Positions 19,140 to 29,310 of a stretch of 64,000 nucleotides of DNA are shown here, piece by piece. Origin of the DNA: Geopsychrobacteraceae bacterium (GTDB lineage: Bacteria; Desulfobacterota; Desulfuromonadia; Desulfuromonadales; Geopsychrobacteraceae); the NCBI GenBank assembly GCA_963662315.1, contig OY759353.1, positions 3,616,001-3,680,000 of the forward strand, read 5' to 3'. The notes beneath the pieces are model-generated. The model worked only from the letters and a program-made list of their open reading frames with translations, did not search any database and was not told the DNA's origin. Position 1 is the first letter of the stretch; every line of letters begins with the position of its first letter. The position numbers were made by a program, and so were the translations under genes.

Positions 19140-20144
19140 GTGCTGACAGGACGATCCATCTTAATTACAGGCGGAACAGGCTCTTTTGGGCAATGTTTTG
19201 TCCGGACTATTCTGCGCCGTTACCCGGAGGTAAAGCGGGTGGTGGTGTTTTCACGTGATGAGCTTAAACAATTTGAAATGGCACAGGAGTTATCTCCTCA
19301 GAAGTACCCGTGCTTGCGTTACTTTATTGGTGATGTGCGGGATCGTGACCGCCTGACAAAAGCCATGGAAGGTATTGATTATGTTGTTCATGCTGCGGCT
19401 CAAAAACAGGTTCCCGCCTGTGAATACAATCCTTTTGAGGCGGTAAAGACAAATATCCTCGGGGCTCAGAATGTCATCGATAGTGCCATCGCCTGCGGTG
19501 TTAAGCGTGTTGTTGCTCTAAGTACCGATAAGGCTGCATCACCGATCAATCTTTACGGGGCGACAAAATTATGCAGCGATAAGCTGTTTATTGCGGCCAA
19601 TAACTACCGTGGGCAACGGGATATCCGTTTTTCTGTTGTCCGTTACGGTAATGTTATGGGCAGCAGAGGCAGTGTTATCCCGTTCTTTTTGAAAAAAAAG
19701 CAACAGGGTGAGCTTCTGCCTATTACCGATAATGCAATGACCAGATTTAATATTACTCTTGATCAGGGAGTCGATATTGTCTTGTTTGCTTTTAAGAAAA
19801 TGCTCGGCGGTGAAATTTTTGTCCCCAAGATCCCGAGTTATCGCATTCTCGATCTTGCCGAAGCGATTGCTCCCGGGCAGGAACGACCTGTGGTTGGCAT
19901 CAGACCTGGTGAAAAGCTACATGAAGAAATGATTACTGAATCAGATGCACCAAATACGCTGGAACTTGAGAATTATTTTGTCATTTTACCCAACTGGGAC
20001 CTCACCATAAGGCAGAAAATTATTGAAGCTCTGGGTGGTGGCATGATGGTTGATCCGGGGTTCAGATATTGCAGTGGAACCAATACGGATTGGCTGACTG
20101 TTGAGCAGATCAGGGTGTTGCTAAAGGAGCATGGACTTCAGTGA
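19140..20144 (+). CDS. pseB: UDP-GlcNAc 4,6-dehydratase (inverting) PseB
   Basis: ITGGTGSFG, SRDELKQ, STDKAASPINLYGATKLCSDK, GIRPGEKLHE. Confidence 0.93.
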   Translation: MLTGRSILITGGTGSFGQCFVRTILRRYPEVKRVVVFSRDELKQFEMAQELSPQKYPCLRYFIGDVRDRDRLTKAMEGIDYVVHAAAQKQVPACEYNPFEAVKTNILGAQNVIDSAIACGVKRVVALSTDKAASPINLYGATKLCSDKLFIAANNYRGQRDIRFSVVRYGNVMGSRGSVIPFFLKKKQQGELLPITDNAMTRFNITLDQGVDIVLFAFKKMLGGEIFVPKIPSYRILDLAEAIAPGQERPVVGIRPGEKLHEEMITESDAPNTLELENYFVILPNWDLTIRQKIIEALGGGMMVDPGFRYCSGTNTDWLTVEQIRVLLKEHGLQ

Positions 20145-21283
20145 CCTCTCCTCCGTTTTTGCCCTACGGCCGGCAGTCCATTGATCAGGAAGATATTGAT
20201 GCTGTTCTTGCGACATTAAATTCTGACTGGTTGACAACGGGTCCGGCAATCCCTCGTTTTGAAGATGCTCTCAAGCAATTTACCGGTAGTCGTCATGCTG
20301 TGGCTGTCTCAAGTGGAACTGCGGCTCTTCATGCCGCAATTTTTGCCGCAGGCATTGGTCCGGGCGATGAGGTCATTGTTCCACCTCTGACTTTTGCTGC
20401 AACTGCGAATGCGGTCATTTACCAGGGGGCTACCCCTGTTTTTGCCGACGTTGACAACCAGGGCTTGCTTCTTGATCCTCTCCAGGTTTTATCCCGGATA
20501 ACGGAGCGGACGCGCGCGGTCATCGCTGTTGATTACGCTGGCCAGCCTTGTGATTACAAAGCGTTACGTGCGGTTTGTGAGCGGCATAATCTCATATTGA
20601 TTGCTGATGCCTGTCACTCTTTGGGAGGTTCTTTTCGGGGGAGGGCGGTTGGACAACTGGCCGACCTGACCGCATTGAGTTTTCATCCGGTCAAACCGAT
20701 TACCTCTGCAGAGGGGGGGATGGTTCTGACCGACAACCCTGATTATGACGGGCGGATGCGTCTGTTTCGCAACCATGGCATTGATAGTGATCATCGCCAA
20801 CGTCAGGAAGCTGGGTCCTGGCAATATAGTATGATCGAACTGGGCTATAATTATCGTTTGAATGATTTACAGGCGGCCTTGGGAACCAGCCAGATGCGCC
20901 ATCTGCAGACGTGGATTTCGCGGCGACGGGAACTGGCAGGTCTTTATACTGAGCAACTAGCCCCCCTGCCGCAGGTTTGCTGTTTGCACCAGTTCGATGA
21001 TCGTCTCAGTGGTTGGCATCTTTTTGTTATCCGTATTGCCCAGGAGCATAGGGATGCGCTGTTTCGATTTCTCCGGCAGCGCAACATTGGTGTTAATGTT
21101 CATTACGATCTGGTCTATCATCATCCTTATTATCAGACCCAATACCCGCGATTGTCAGGAAGTTGCCCGGTTGCAGAGACCGCTTGTCGAGAGATACTGT
21201 CCCTGCCTCTGTTTCCGGCTATGGCAGAAGCGGACGTTAAGCGCGTCGTTTCGGCAATCACTGATTACTTTTCAGCGCGGTAA
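20141..21283 (+). CDS. pseC: DegT-family PLP aminotransferase PseC
   Basis: LPYGRQSIDQEDI, SFHPVKPIT, ELGYNYR. Confidence 0.88.
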   Translation: MTSPPFLPYGRQSIDQEDIDAVLATLNSDWLTTGPAIPRFEDALKQFTGSRHAVAVSSGTAALHAAIFAAGIGPGDEVIVPPLTFAATANAVIYQGATPVFADVDNQGLLLDPLQVLSRITERTRAVIAVDYAGQPCDYKALRAVCERHNLILIADACHSLGGSFRGRAVGQLADLTALSFHPVKPITSAEGGMVLTDNPDYDGRMRLFRNHGIDSDHRQRQEAGSWQYSMIELGYNYRLNDLQAALGTSQMRHLQTWISRRRELAGLYTEQLAPLPQVCCLHQFDDRLSGWHLFVIRIAQEHRDALFRFLRQRNIGVNVHYDLVYHHPYYQTQYPRLSGSCPVAETACREILSLPLFPAMAEADVKRVVSAITDYFSAR

Positions 21284-22149
21284 TGTTTATGAATGTTAAC
21301 TTTATTGCAGAGGTATCAAGTAATCATCATCGGGATCTACAGCGCTGTTTTGATTTTATTGATGCGGCTGCGGAGATTGGTTGTCAGGCCGTCAAGTTTC
21401 AGCTGTTTAAAATTGACCAGCTTTTTGCACCGGAAATTCTTTCACACAGCGCCGAGCATCGGCGTCGCTCTGCTTGGGAGTTGCCGGTTTCATTTTTGGC
21501 CCCCTTAGCTGAACGCTGCAGGCAGCGCCATGTGCAGTTCAGCTGTACCCCTTTTTACCTGGATGCCGTCGCTGAACTTGAGCCCTATGTTGATTTTTAC
21601 AAAATCGCATCTTACGAGCTGCTCTGGGATGATCTGATAGAGGCCTGTGGCAGAACCGGTAAACCCCTTGTGTTGTCAACCGGTATGGCCAGTTTAGCTG
21701 AGATCGATCATGCTGTTGCCATCTATCGCCAGTGTTCAAACGCACCATTGACCTTGTTGCATTGTGTCTCCGGTTACCCGGTGCCGATGCAAGAATGTAA
21801 TCTCGCGGTCATAGAGATGTTGCGCGACCGCTATAACTGTGCCGTCGGCTGGTCTGATCATAGTCATCGGCCTGAAGTGATTCATCGTGCAGTGCAGCAC
21901 TGGCAGGCCACAACGATTGAATTTCATCTTGACCTTGACGGCAAAGGGGACGAATTCCAGGCTGGGCATTGCTGGTTGCCTGGGCAGATGGCACAGGTTA
22001 TTGCCGGGCTTGGTGTTGCCGAGAGTGCCGATGGTGATGGCTTGAAAGTCGCTCAAAAATCAGAGGAGAATGATCGTCTGTGGCGGGCCGATCCTCTTGA
22101 TGGCCTGCGACCATTGCGGGAGCTGCGGCAGCAATGGCGTTCAAAATGA
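21283..22149 (+). CDS. NeuB/PseI-family nonulosonate synthase, short form without C-terminal SAF domain
   Basis: FIAEVSSNH, VKFQ, KIASYE, LHCVSGYP, GWSDHS; 288 aa. Confidence 0.85.
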   Translation: MFMNVNFIAEVSSNHHRDLQRCFDFIDAAAEIGCQAVKFQLFKIDQLFAPEILSHSAEHRRRSAWELPVSFLAPLAERCRQRHVQFSCTPFYLDAVAELEPYVDFYKIASYELLWDDLIEACGRTGKPLVLSTGMASLAEIDHAVAIYRQCSNAPLTLLHCVSGYPVPMQECNLAVIEMLRDRYNCAVGWSDHSHRPEVIHRAVQHWQATTIEFHLDLDGKGDEFQAGHCWLPGQMAQVIAGLGVAESADGDGLKVAQKSEENDRLWRADPLDGLRPLRELRQQWRSK

Positions 22150-22193
22150 TGTTTTTTTCTAATTATTCAAGGACGTTGTGCCGATAGGATAAT

Positions 22194-23879
22194 ATGTTGA
22201 GGGAACGTACAGTCGCATTTGTTGTCGCGCGCTTAAGCTCTTCACGCCTGCCAGCCAAGCAGTTGCGAATGATTGGTGATCGTTGCCTGCTCGACTGGAC
22301 CGTGGGGGCGTTAAAAAGCTGCCAGGAAGTCGATGAAATCGTCATTACGACAGTGGCTGAGGATGAGAATAAGCCGTTGCGTGATTATGCCAGAGCGCAG
22401 GGTCTTTCCTGCTTCTGGTACGAAGGTGAAGTGGACGATGTCACAGGCCGTTTGCGTAAGGCTGCAGAACACTTTAAGGCGGATATCTGTATTCTTGTCA
22501 GCGCCGATTGTCCCTTGGTCTATGCGCCAGCTGTAGATTCTATGGTACAACAGTTCAAGAGTGATGAAAAAGCTGATTTTCTTGTCATCCCTGCCGTGAA
22601 CGAACAGGTCCCTGCGCTTGAAGGTATCGGTATCGCTCGTCTTAAAGGCTGGCAGGTTGCAGACAATCTTTCCCTGCGGCCGGAGCTCAGGGAACATCAA
22701 TTTCCGGTAATCTGGCAACAACAGGATAAATTTACTTTTTTAGAGGGGCGACTCTCTCCGGATTTATATTCTCGCCACCACCGCTTTTCTGTCGATACCC
22801 CTGCTGATCTTGAATTCATGAACCGGTTACATGACCTGTTGCAAACACAGCATCAGGAGTTTGATCTGCCCGGGGTCCTGCAACTCCTTTCTGAGCAACC
22901 TGATCTTTATGCAATTAACCAGCATGTTCATCAACGGCAGTTGGCGGAAACTGTCGGACAGGTTCTTATGGTTATCGATTCTGGAGCAGGGTTTGGATAT
23001 GGGCATCTGAACCGTTCTCTTGAGCTTGGACAGCGGATCATCGAACAGCTTGGTTGGCCGGTCACCTTTCTGGTGGATGATGGTTACGCTGCAGAGGTCC
23101 TTCACCTTCAGGGGTTACGTTTTATCTGGGGAGCTTTAGGGCGTTGTGCCAGGGCGGTTCCCGAGGAATACAGAAATTATCAGCGTCCGCTGGCGAATGA
23201 CTTTACTCTGGTCGTGCTTGATCTGTACCCGAGGCCGCTGCCTGACTTCTGGCAAGACTCTTTTCCCGGGGCCTGCCTGGTAGCTTTGGATAGCCTGGAG
23301 GACTGGACTTCAGAGACTGATCTGGTGGTTATTCCCGCTATCACTGGGCCTGAGGATGTTAATCATCAGAAGCCGGATATTTTACAGGGCCTGGAGTTTC
23401 TCATTATCAGGCGTGATATTCGTCAGGCGGGTTCTAGGCGGCTGGCGAAGGATATTGATGTGCTGATCTACGGGACGGATCTTCGGTACATCTCCAGAAT
23501 TGAGGATATGGCGCTCCAGCGTGACTGGAAAGTTGTTGTTGTTGATGGAACGGCGGATGATTTTCACCTGTTATTAGCGCGTTCAAGATTTTTCGTCGGC
23601 AATTTTGGCTATAGTTTTTACGAGGCTTTATTCCTGAAAACCGTTCCGGTTGCGTTGCCTATCTCTTTGCGGCACAAACAGGATGCCATCTTGTTTTATC
23701 AACGCATAGGGCTTCCTGATCTGGTTGTGTCTGATGAGTTTGATGCCATATGGGAGCTTGCTCAAAAGTGTGAAGGGCAGTTGCCACCAATCTCTGACGG
23801 AACGTCAACCATAGTGAATGTCCTGCAGAAGCATACTGATGATAAAATTCGCTACACGCCAGGATCTTCCAATGACTAA
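22194..23879 (+). CDS. Cytidylyltransferase (PseF/SpsF-like) fused to a PseG-like UDP-sugar hydrolase
   Basis: ARLSSSRLPAK..DCP..SVDTPADL, followed by DSGAGFGYGHLNRS (PseG-like catalytic His motif). Confidence 0.8.
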   Translation: MLRERTVAFVVARLSSSRLPAKQLRMIGDRCLLDWTVGALKSCQEVDEIVITTVAEDENKPLRDYARAQGLSCFWYEGEVDDVTGRLRKAAEHFKADICILVSADCPLVYAPAVDSMVQQFKSDEKADFLVIPAVNEQVPALEGIGIARLKGWQVADNLSLRPELREHQFPVIWQQQDKFTFLEGRLSPDLYSRHHRFSVDTPADLEFMNRLHDLLQTQHQEFDLPGVLQLLSEQPDLYAINQHVHQRQLAETVGQVLMVIDSGAGFGYGHLNRSLELGQRIIEQLGWPVTFLVDDGYAAEVLHLQGLRFIWGALGRCARAVPEEYRNYQRPLANDFTLVVLDLYPRPLPDFWQDSFPGACLVALDSLEDWTSETDLVVIPAITGPEDVNHQKPDILQGLEFLIIRRDIRQAGSRRLAKDIDVLIYGTDLRYISRIEDMALQRDWKVVVVDGTADDFHLLLARSRFFVGNFGYSFYEALFLKTVPVALPISLRHKQDAILFYQRIGLPDLVVSDEFDAIWELAQKCEGQLPPISDGTSTIVNVLQKHTDDKIRYTPGSSND

Positions 23880-24843
23880 AGATATTTCTATTGTCCTGCC
23901 TATTTACAACGAATCGGGGAATATTGTTCCTTTACTCACCGAGATTTTTGAGGTGATGTCTAAACATTCCTGGAGCTACGAAGTCATTGCCGTGGATGAT
24001 GGCAGTCGCGATGATTCCGTAAAATTGTTGAAGAGTTTGCTGGCCGGGCCTCTCGAAATTGATCTGAAAATAATTGAGTTTACCAGGAACTTTGGACAGA
24101 CACCGGCATTGGCGTGTGGAATCCGCCACGCTTCCGGTCAGATCATCGTACCTATGGATGCTGACCGGCAAAATGACCCTGCTGATATTCCGCGTTTGAT
24201 TGAAATGCTGGAGCAGGGTTTTGATGTGGTTTCCGGATGGCGGCGTCAACGTCAAGACAAATGGGTTCGTCGACTTCCTTCCCGCGTTGCAAACGGCCTG
24301 ATCAATAAGTTGATTCGCAATACCGGAGTTGCGCTCCATGATTATGGTTGCACCCTGAAAGCTTATCGTCGCGATGTCCTCCAGAATATCAAGCTTTACG
24401 GTGATATGCATCGTTTTATCCCTGCTTTCGCAGGTTGGCGGGGAGCCAAAGTCGGGGAGCTTGAAGTCAACCATCGTGCCCGAACGATCGGCTCTTCAAA
24501 CTATGGAATGGCGCGCATCTGGAAGGTCCTGCTAGATCTTATCGCGGTCCGATTTTTTGTTGATTCCTTTACCAAGCCAATGCAGTTTTTCGGTAAGTAT
24601 ATCACCGTGTTGTTCGTCCTTATGTGGCTGGTTCTTGCCGCTCTGGCTGGACTGGATATTGCCGGAGGCGAAGCAATTACTCTGAACACCTATTTGCTGA
24701 CCATCGGTCTTTTTGGTTTGGCGATGCAGAATCTTCTGGTTACCGGATTGATCGGAGAAATTTTGATTCGCAATTATTTTGAAACCTCCGGCCGTGAGAC
24801 CTATGTGGTTAAAGGAGTTACGGCGAGGCGAGAGGATTGCTGA
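23872..24843 (+). CDS. GT2 polyprenyl-phosphate glycosyltransferase (ArnC/DPM-synthase-like)
   Basis: VDDGSRD, RNFGQTPAL, MDADRQNDPADI, LHDYGCTLKAYR; two C-terminal TMs. Confidence 0.88.
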   Translation: MTKDISIVLPIYNESGNIVPLLTEIFEVMSKHSWSYEVIAVDDGSRDDSVKLLKSLLAGPLEIDLKIIEFTRNFGQTPALACGIRHASGQIIVPMDADRQNDPADIPRLIEMLEQGFDVVSGWRRQRQDKWVRRLPSRVANGLINKLIRNTGVALHDYGCTLKAYRRDVLQNIKLYGDMHRFIPAFAGWRGAKVGELEVNHRARTIGSSNYGMARIWKVLLDLIAVRFFVDSFTKPMQFFGKYITVLFVLMWLVLAALAGLDIAGGEAITLNTYLLTIGLFGLAMQNLLVTGLIGEILIRNYFETSGRETYVVKGVTARREDC

Positions 24844-24847
24844 CCGC

Positions 24848-26677
24848 ATGTGTGGAATTGTCGGATTCAGTCATACCGGTGGCGATCAGGAGAATCTACT
24901 AAGGCGGATGCGTGATAGCCTGGCTCATCGAGGACCGGACGAGGCTGGCAGTTTTTGTGACCAGCGCGTCGCGCTTGGCCATCGACGGCTGTCCATTGTT
25001 GATTTGAAGAGTGGTCAGCAACCTATGAGTGATGCCGGGGACCGGCTGGTTCTGGTCTACAACGGTGAAATCTACAATCATCAGGAGTTGCGTAAAGAGC
25101 TCGGCGAAGAATTGTTTAAAACCGATTGTGACACCGAAGTTCTCCTTTATGCCTATCTGCGTTGGGGGCATGAGTGTCTATCAAGACTCAATGGCATGTT
25201 TGCCTTTGCTCTCTATGATAAAGAATGCGGGCAGCTGTTTATAGCGCGTGACCGCATGGGGCAAAAGCCGCTTTATTATACCTTTGATAACCAAGGTGAG
25301 TTGCTGTTTTCTTCAGAGGCAAAAGCGCTGTTTTGTCACCCGGGAGCAACTAAAAAATTATCTCAGCAGGGCCTCAGATCATACCTGATAAATGATTATC
25401 TGCCGGTTCCTCTGACTATTTTTGAGGGAGTCTATAAGCTGGCGGGTGGCGAATACCTGGTCTTTGATCTCGCTACAAAAGGACTAACCCGCAATCGCTA
25501 CTGGCAGAGTGACTTTTGTTCTACGGGTAAAGACAGTGGTGCTGGAGCGGAACAAGAATTTCTTGACCGCCTTCAGAACGCGGTCGAAAAGCGCTTGATG
25601 GCCGATGTTCCCCTAGGCATTTTTTTAAGCGGAGGCATTGATTCTTCCACCATTGCCGCTCTGGCCTGCCGCAGTCGGCCCGCACATCAGGTCAAAACCT
25701 TTTCGATAAGTTTTGCTGAACGTTCTTATGATGAGTCTGATTATGCACAATATGTTGCCAGGTTTCTCGGCACCGATCATCATGTCGCTGCTTTTTCAGC
25801 AGATACCATGCTGCAGCTGCTACCGGAAGCCCTGAACACTCTCGATGAACCGTTTGCCGATCCATCCTATTTGCCAACTCTGTTACTTAGTCGCTTCGCA
25901 CGCGAGCATGTTACTGTCGCTCTCGGCGGCGATGGGGCCGATGAGTTGTTTGCCGGTTATCCGACCTTTCTCCCTTACCAGGTGACTTCGGCCTGGCAGC
26001 TGCCCATGCCTGTGGTCAAAAGCTTGGCCTGGTGCGCCGAGCGCTTGCCGGTGTGCTATGATAACCTGACATTTGAATACAAGCTGAAACGGTTTGTGCG
26101 CGGACTGGCCTTCCCGGGGTTTTCCAGGATCAGTGCCTGGCAAGGGTCGTTTACTCCGGCAGAGGTGGAAAATTTACTGCAGGGAGATTTGCCCCCAGAG
26201 GATAAGCAAGAAGATTATCTCAATATTTTCGATTACTATCAGAGAACGTATCTACCGGAGAACATTCTTTACAAGGTCGACAGAGCGAGCATGGCCTGCT
26301 CATTAGAGGTTCGGTCACCATTTCTCGATGTGGATTTTGTTGAGTACGCCAATGCGTTACCGTCTCGTTGTAAATTGAAAGGTTTCCAGGGGAAAAAGTT
26401 GTTCCGGAAAGCGGTGAGGACACTCCTGCCGGAAGACATTATCAGGCGGCCTAAAAAAGGTTTTGGCATCCCTTTGGCCCAATGGTTTACAGGACCGCTT
26501 AAGGATGAATTGCAACAAGTTCTTTGTGCGCAGGAGATCCGCAGACAAGGGTTGTTTGACTGGCCGTTGGTTGAACAATTGTTGACGGATCTGTTTGAAC
26601 GCAAGCGCAATACGGCTAAGGAGCTCTGGGCTCTTTATGTTTTTCAGAAATGGCATGCTTCGGAGTTTGGCGGATGA
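24848..26677 (+). CDS. asnB: AsnB-family glutamine-dependent amidotransferase
   Basis: MCGIVG, HRGPD, NGEIYNH, LSGGIDSS, GDGADELFAGY; start at MCG. Confidence 0.92.
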   Translation: MCGIVGFSHTGGDQENLLRRMRDSLAHRGPDEAGSFCDQRVALGHRRLSIVDLKSGQQPMSDAGDRLVLVYNGEIYNHQELRKELGEELFKTDCDTEVLLYAYLRWGHECLSRLNGMFAFALYDKECGQLFIARDRMGQKPLYYTFDNQGELLFSSEAKALFCHPGATKKLSQQGLRSYLINDYLPVPLTIFEGVYKLAGGEYLVFDLATKGLTRNRYWQSDFCSTGKDSGAGAEQEFLDRLQNAVEKRLMADVPLGIFLSGGIDSSTIAALACRSRPAHQVKTFSISFAERSYDESDYAQYVARFLGTDHHVAAFSADTMLQLLPEALNTLDEPFADPSYLPTLLLSRFAREHVTVALGGDGADELFAGYPTFLPYQVTSAWQLPMPVVKSLAWCAERLPVCYDNLTFEYKLKRFVRGLAFPGFSRISAWQGSFTPAEVENLLQGDLPPEDKQEDYLNIFDYYQRTYLPENILYKVDRASMACSLEVRSPFLDVDFVEYANALPSRCKLKGFQGKKLFRKAVRTLLPEDIIRRPKKGFGIPLAQWFTGPLKDELQQVLCAQEIRRQGLFDWPLVEQLLTDLFERKRNTAKELWALYVFQKWHASEFGG

Positions 26678-27708
26678 AGAAAAAATTTGATGAACTCAGC
26701 CCTTATAAACTTGTCCATCATGACTGGCACAGGTCATATCCAGTGCATATTGAGATTGATCCTACCGCATTTTGTAATCAGGATTGCTTGCGCTGCTCTT
26801 ATAAACAGGAAATAGATGGTGCTCGTGACTATATTATTCAGCACCAGAAGTCCCAGCTGCCGCCCGAGCGTTTTCTTGAACTCATTGAGGAGTTTAGCTC
26901 CCTTGGCGTTCGTGCTCTGACGTTTTCCGGTGGAGGAGAGCCGTTATGTTACCCCCATATTGATGAGGTTGTGCGGGCAACACTGTCTGCTGGGATCAAA
27001 TTCGGTATCATCACCAATCTGGCCCTGAATATTAACGCAGAATTATTGAGCCAGGCGGTCTGGATCAGGGTCAGCCTGGATGCCGGAAGTGCAGAGACTT
27101 ATAACCTTTTGCACCGCCCCGGAAACACGGGCGCTTTTGATCTGGCGCTGAACAATATTCAGCAATTGACCTCACTGAATTCAGAGCTTGACCTCGGGGT
27201 TAATTATATTGTCCAGCCGGAGAACTTTGGAGAAATGTTTCAGGCTGCTCAGCAGGTAAAAGCTTTGGGCGCGCGCTATATTCGCTTTGTGCCTGCCATT
27301 GCTACCAATGCTATTGATTATTCCCAATACTGGGATGAAATATCAACTCAACAGGATCGGAGTACGCAGCTGATCGATGCTAAGTTCCATGTCTTTATCA
27401 TCAAGGAACGCTTTCAGGCTCTGGCGGCAAAACACAAAAATTACAGCTTCTGCCGCAAGCAGCAGATTCACCCTTTGATCGGTGCCGACGGCCAGCTTTA
27501 TCCCTGTTGTCTGCTGAAATACTATCCGCAGCATGCGCTGGGAAGTATTCATGGGCATACGTTCAAAGAGGTTTGGGATGGCGAACAACGTCGGCACTGG
27601 CTGGATCACCTTGACGTTGATCAATGCCCTCCCTGTTGGTTTGACCAAACCAATGAGTTTCTCGAATATCTCTATACCGAAAACCCCAAACATGTGGATT
27701 TTGTCTGA
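26674..27708 (+). CDS. Radical SAM protein with SPASM/Twitch domain
   Basis: CNQDCLRC, SGGGEP, ADGQLYPCC..CPPC. Confidence 0.9.
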   Translation: MKKKFDELSPYKLVHHDWHRSYPVHIEIDPTAFCNQDCLRCSYKQEIDGARDYIIQHQKSQLPPERFLELIEEFSSLGVRALTFSGGGEPLCYPHIDEVVRATLSAGIKFGIITNLALNINAELLSQAVWIRVSLDAGSAETYNLLHRPGNTGAFDLALNNIQQLTSLNSELDLGVNYIVQPENFGEMFQAAQQVKALGARYIRFVPAIATNAIDYSQYWDEISTQQDRSTQLIDAKFHVFIIKERFQALAAKHKNYSFCRKQQIHPLIGADGQLYPCCLLKYYPQHALGSIHGHTFKEVWDGEQRRHWLDHLDVDQCPPCWFDQTNEFLEYLYTENPKHVDFV

Positions 27709-28436
27709 TGAAGGCTTTGATTCTTGCTGCTGGCCGCGGCAAACGAATTGATGAAATCACCCGATTTCAAAACAAATGCATGGTGGAGATCAATGGCCAG
27801 CCTCTGCTCGAACATCATCTATGCCGAGCCGCAGAGCTTGATGTCAGTGAAATTATAATTGTCATTGGTTATCTTGGAGAGTCAATCCGCAGCTATTTCG
27901 GTGATTGTTTTCACAAGATCCCGGTTCGTTACATTCACCAGATCGAGCAGCACGGGCTTGTTCATGCGATTGAATGTGCACAAAATTATCTGACGGAAGA
28001 TTTCTTTCTCATGCTTGGGGATGAGTATTTTATTACCCCACGTCATAAGGAAATGGCGGCTGCTTTTTATCGTGAAGGGTATTTCGCTGTGTGTGGCGTT
28101 CTTGATGAGAATGATCCTGTCTCTATTCGCAAAACCTATTCTGTCATTGAAGATGAGAGTGGCCGTATTCATCGTCTGATCGAAAAACCCCGTAACCCTT
28201 TTACTGGGGTGAAAGGGACCGGAAACTGTATTTTTCGCAAAGAAATATTGAACTACATTCAATACACGCCGATTCACTATCTGCGTAAAGAAAAAGAGTT
28301 GCCCGGGCTTCTTCAGGAGGCCATCGATGATGGCGAACGGATTTTTTCATTCCGTTACTGCCAAAAATATCTCAACGTGAATCACTACGAAGAGCTGGAA
28401 AGGTTTGTCCATGAGCACTCCTTGTCCTTTGGTTAG
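27708..28436 (+). CDS. Sugar-phosphate nucleotidyltransferase
   Basis: MKALILAAGRGKRI..NKCM; LIEKP. Confidence 0.85.
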   Translation: MKALILAAGRGKRIDEITRFQNKCMVEINGQPLLEHHLCRAAELDVSEIIIVIGYLGESIRSYFGDCFHKIPVRYIHQIEQHGLVHAIECAQNYLTEDFFLMLGDEYFITPRHKEMAAAFYREGYFAVCGVLDENDPVSIRKTYSVIEDESGRIHRLIEKPRNPFTGVKGTGNCIFRKEILNYIQYTPIHYLRKEKELPGLLQEAIDDGERIFSFRYCQKYLNVNHYEELERFVHEHSLSFG

Positions 28437-29310
28437 TATTGTTGTCTTGTCTTTCAATCGTCTTACCGATCTGCAGGAGACAGTGGAGTATTGTCGTCAT
28501 TATAGCTACCCCAATCTGGAGCTTATTGTTGTTGACAACGGATCGACAGATGGTTCTGCGGAGTATGTTGCAGGGTTGGAGGCACTGTTTCAGAAGGTCT
28601 TGCTGAAGACCAACACCGGCAGTGCGGAAGGTCATTCCGTTGGGATGCGACAGGCCAGAGGGAAGTATGTTATTACGATTGATGACGATGCCTTTGTTGA
28701 AGATCCGGCCATTTTCGGCATGGTGGAACTGTTCGAGCAATATCCCCAGTTGGCAGCTATCTCATTTAATTGCATCAACTATTCCCAGGAATATCAGCCC
28801 GGACAGGTGAAAACGACAGCGCGACAATACCCCTTTGAGCAAGTCAACGCGTCTTTTGATTTCTTCACCGAATCCTCCGCCGGTTTTCGTAAGGAAGCCC
28901 TTGCCGCAGTTGGTTATCACCAGTCTGAATTTTTTTATGGGGGGGAAGATACCGAATTAAGTATGCGCCTATTGGCTCATGATTACCGCATACTGAATAC
29001 ACCCAACCTCATTTCTTATCACAAAATTACCAATACCTACCGGGATGGACGCAGACTGACCAAAAACTCTATCCGAAATATTCTCTGGATGATTATTCAG
29101 TATACGCCGAGAGAACAACTGCTAAAGCATCTGGTTCGTTATCACTGGTACCTGGCCCTGGCAGTTGTGCAGAAAAAAGATAGGCTCTATCTGGAAGCCT
29201 GGAAGGAGGCGATGTTACTGTGTCTGCCTATGCTGAGGCGGCGCTGCCCTCTGGATAACCAGATCTATCAGAGGGTTAACTTTCCTTATCGCATGGCATT
29301 TTTATGGTAA
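28405..29310 (+). CDS. Glycosyltransferase family 2
   Basis: VVDNGSTDGS, IDDDA, FFYGGEDTELSMR. Confidence 0.9.
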   Translation: MSMSTPCPLVSIVVLSFNRLTDLQETVEYCRHYSYPNLELIVVDNGSTDGSAEYVAGLEALFQKVLLKTNTGSAEGHSVGMRQARGKYVITIDDDAFVEDPAIFGMVELFEQYPQLAAISFNCINYSQEYQPGQVKTTARQYPFEQVNASFDFFTESSAGFRKEALAAVGYHQSEFFYGGEDTELSMRLLAHDYRILNTPNLISYHKITNTYRDGRRLTKNSIRNILWMIIQYTPREQLLKHLVRYHWYLALAVVQKKDRLYLEAWKEAMLLCLPMLRRRCPLDNQIYQRVNFPYRMAFLW

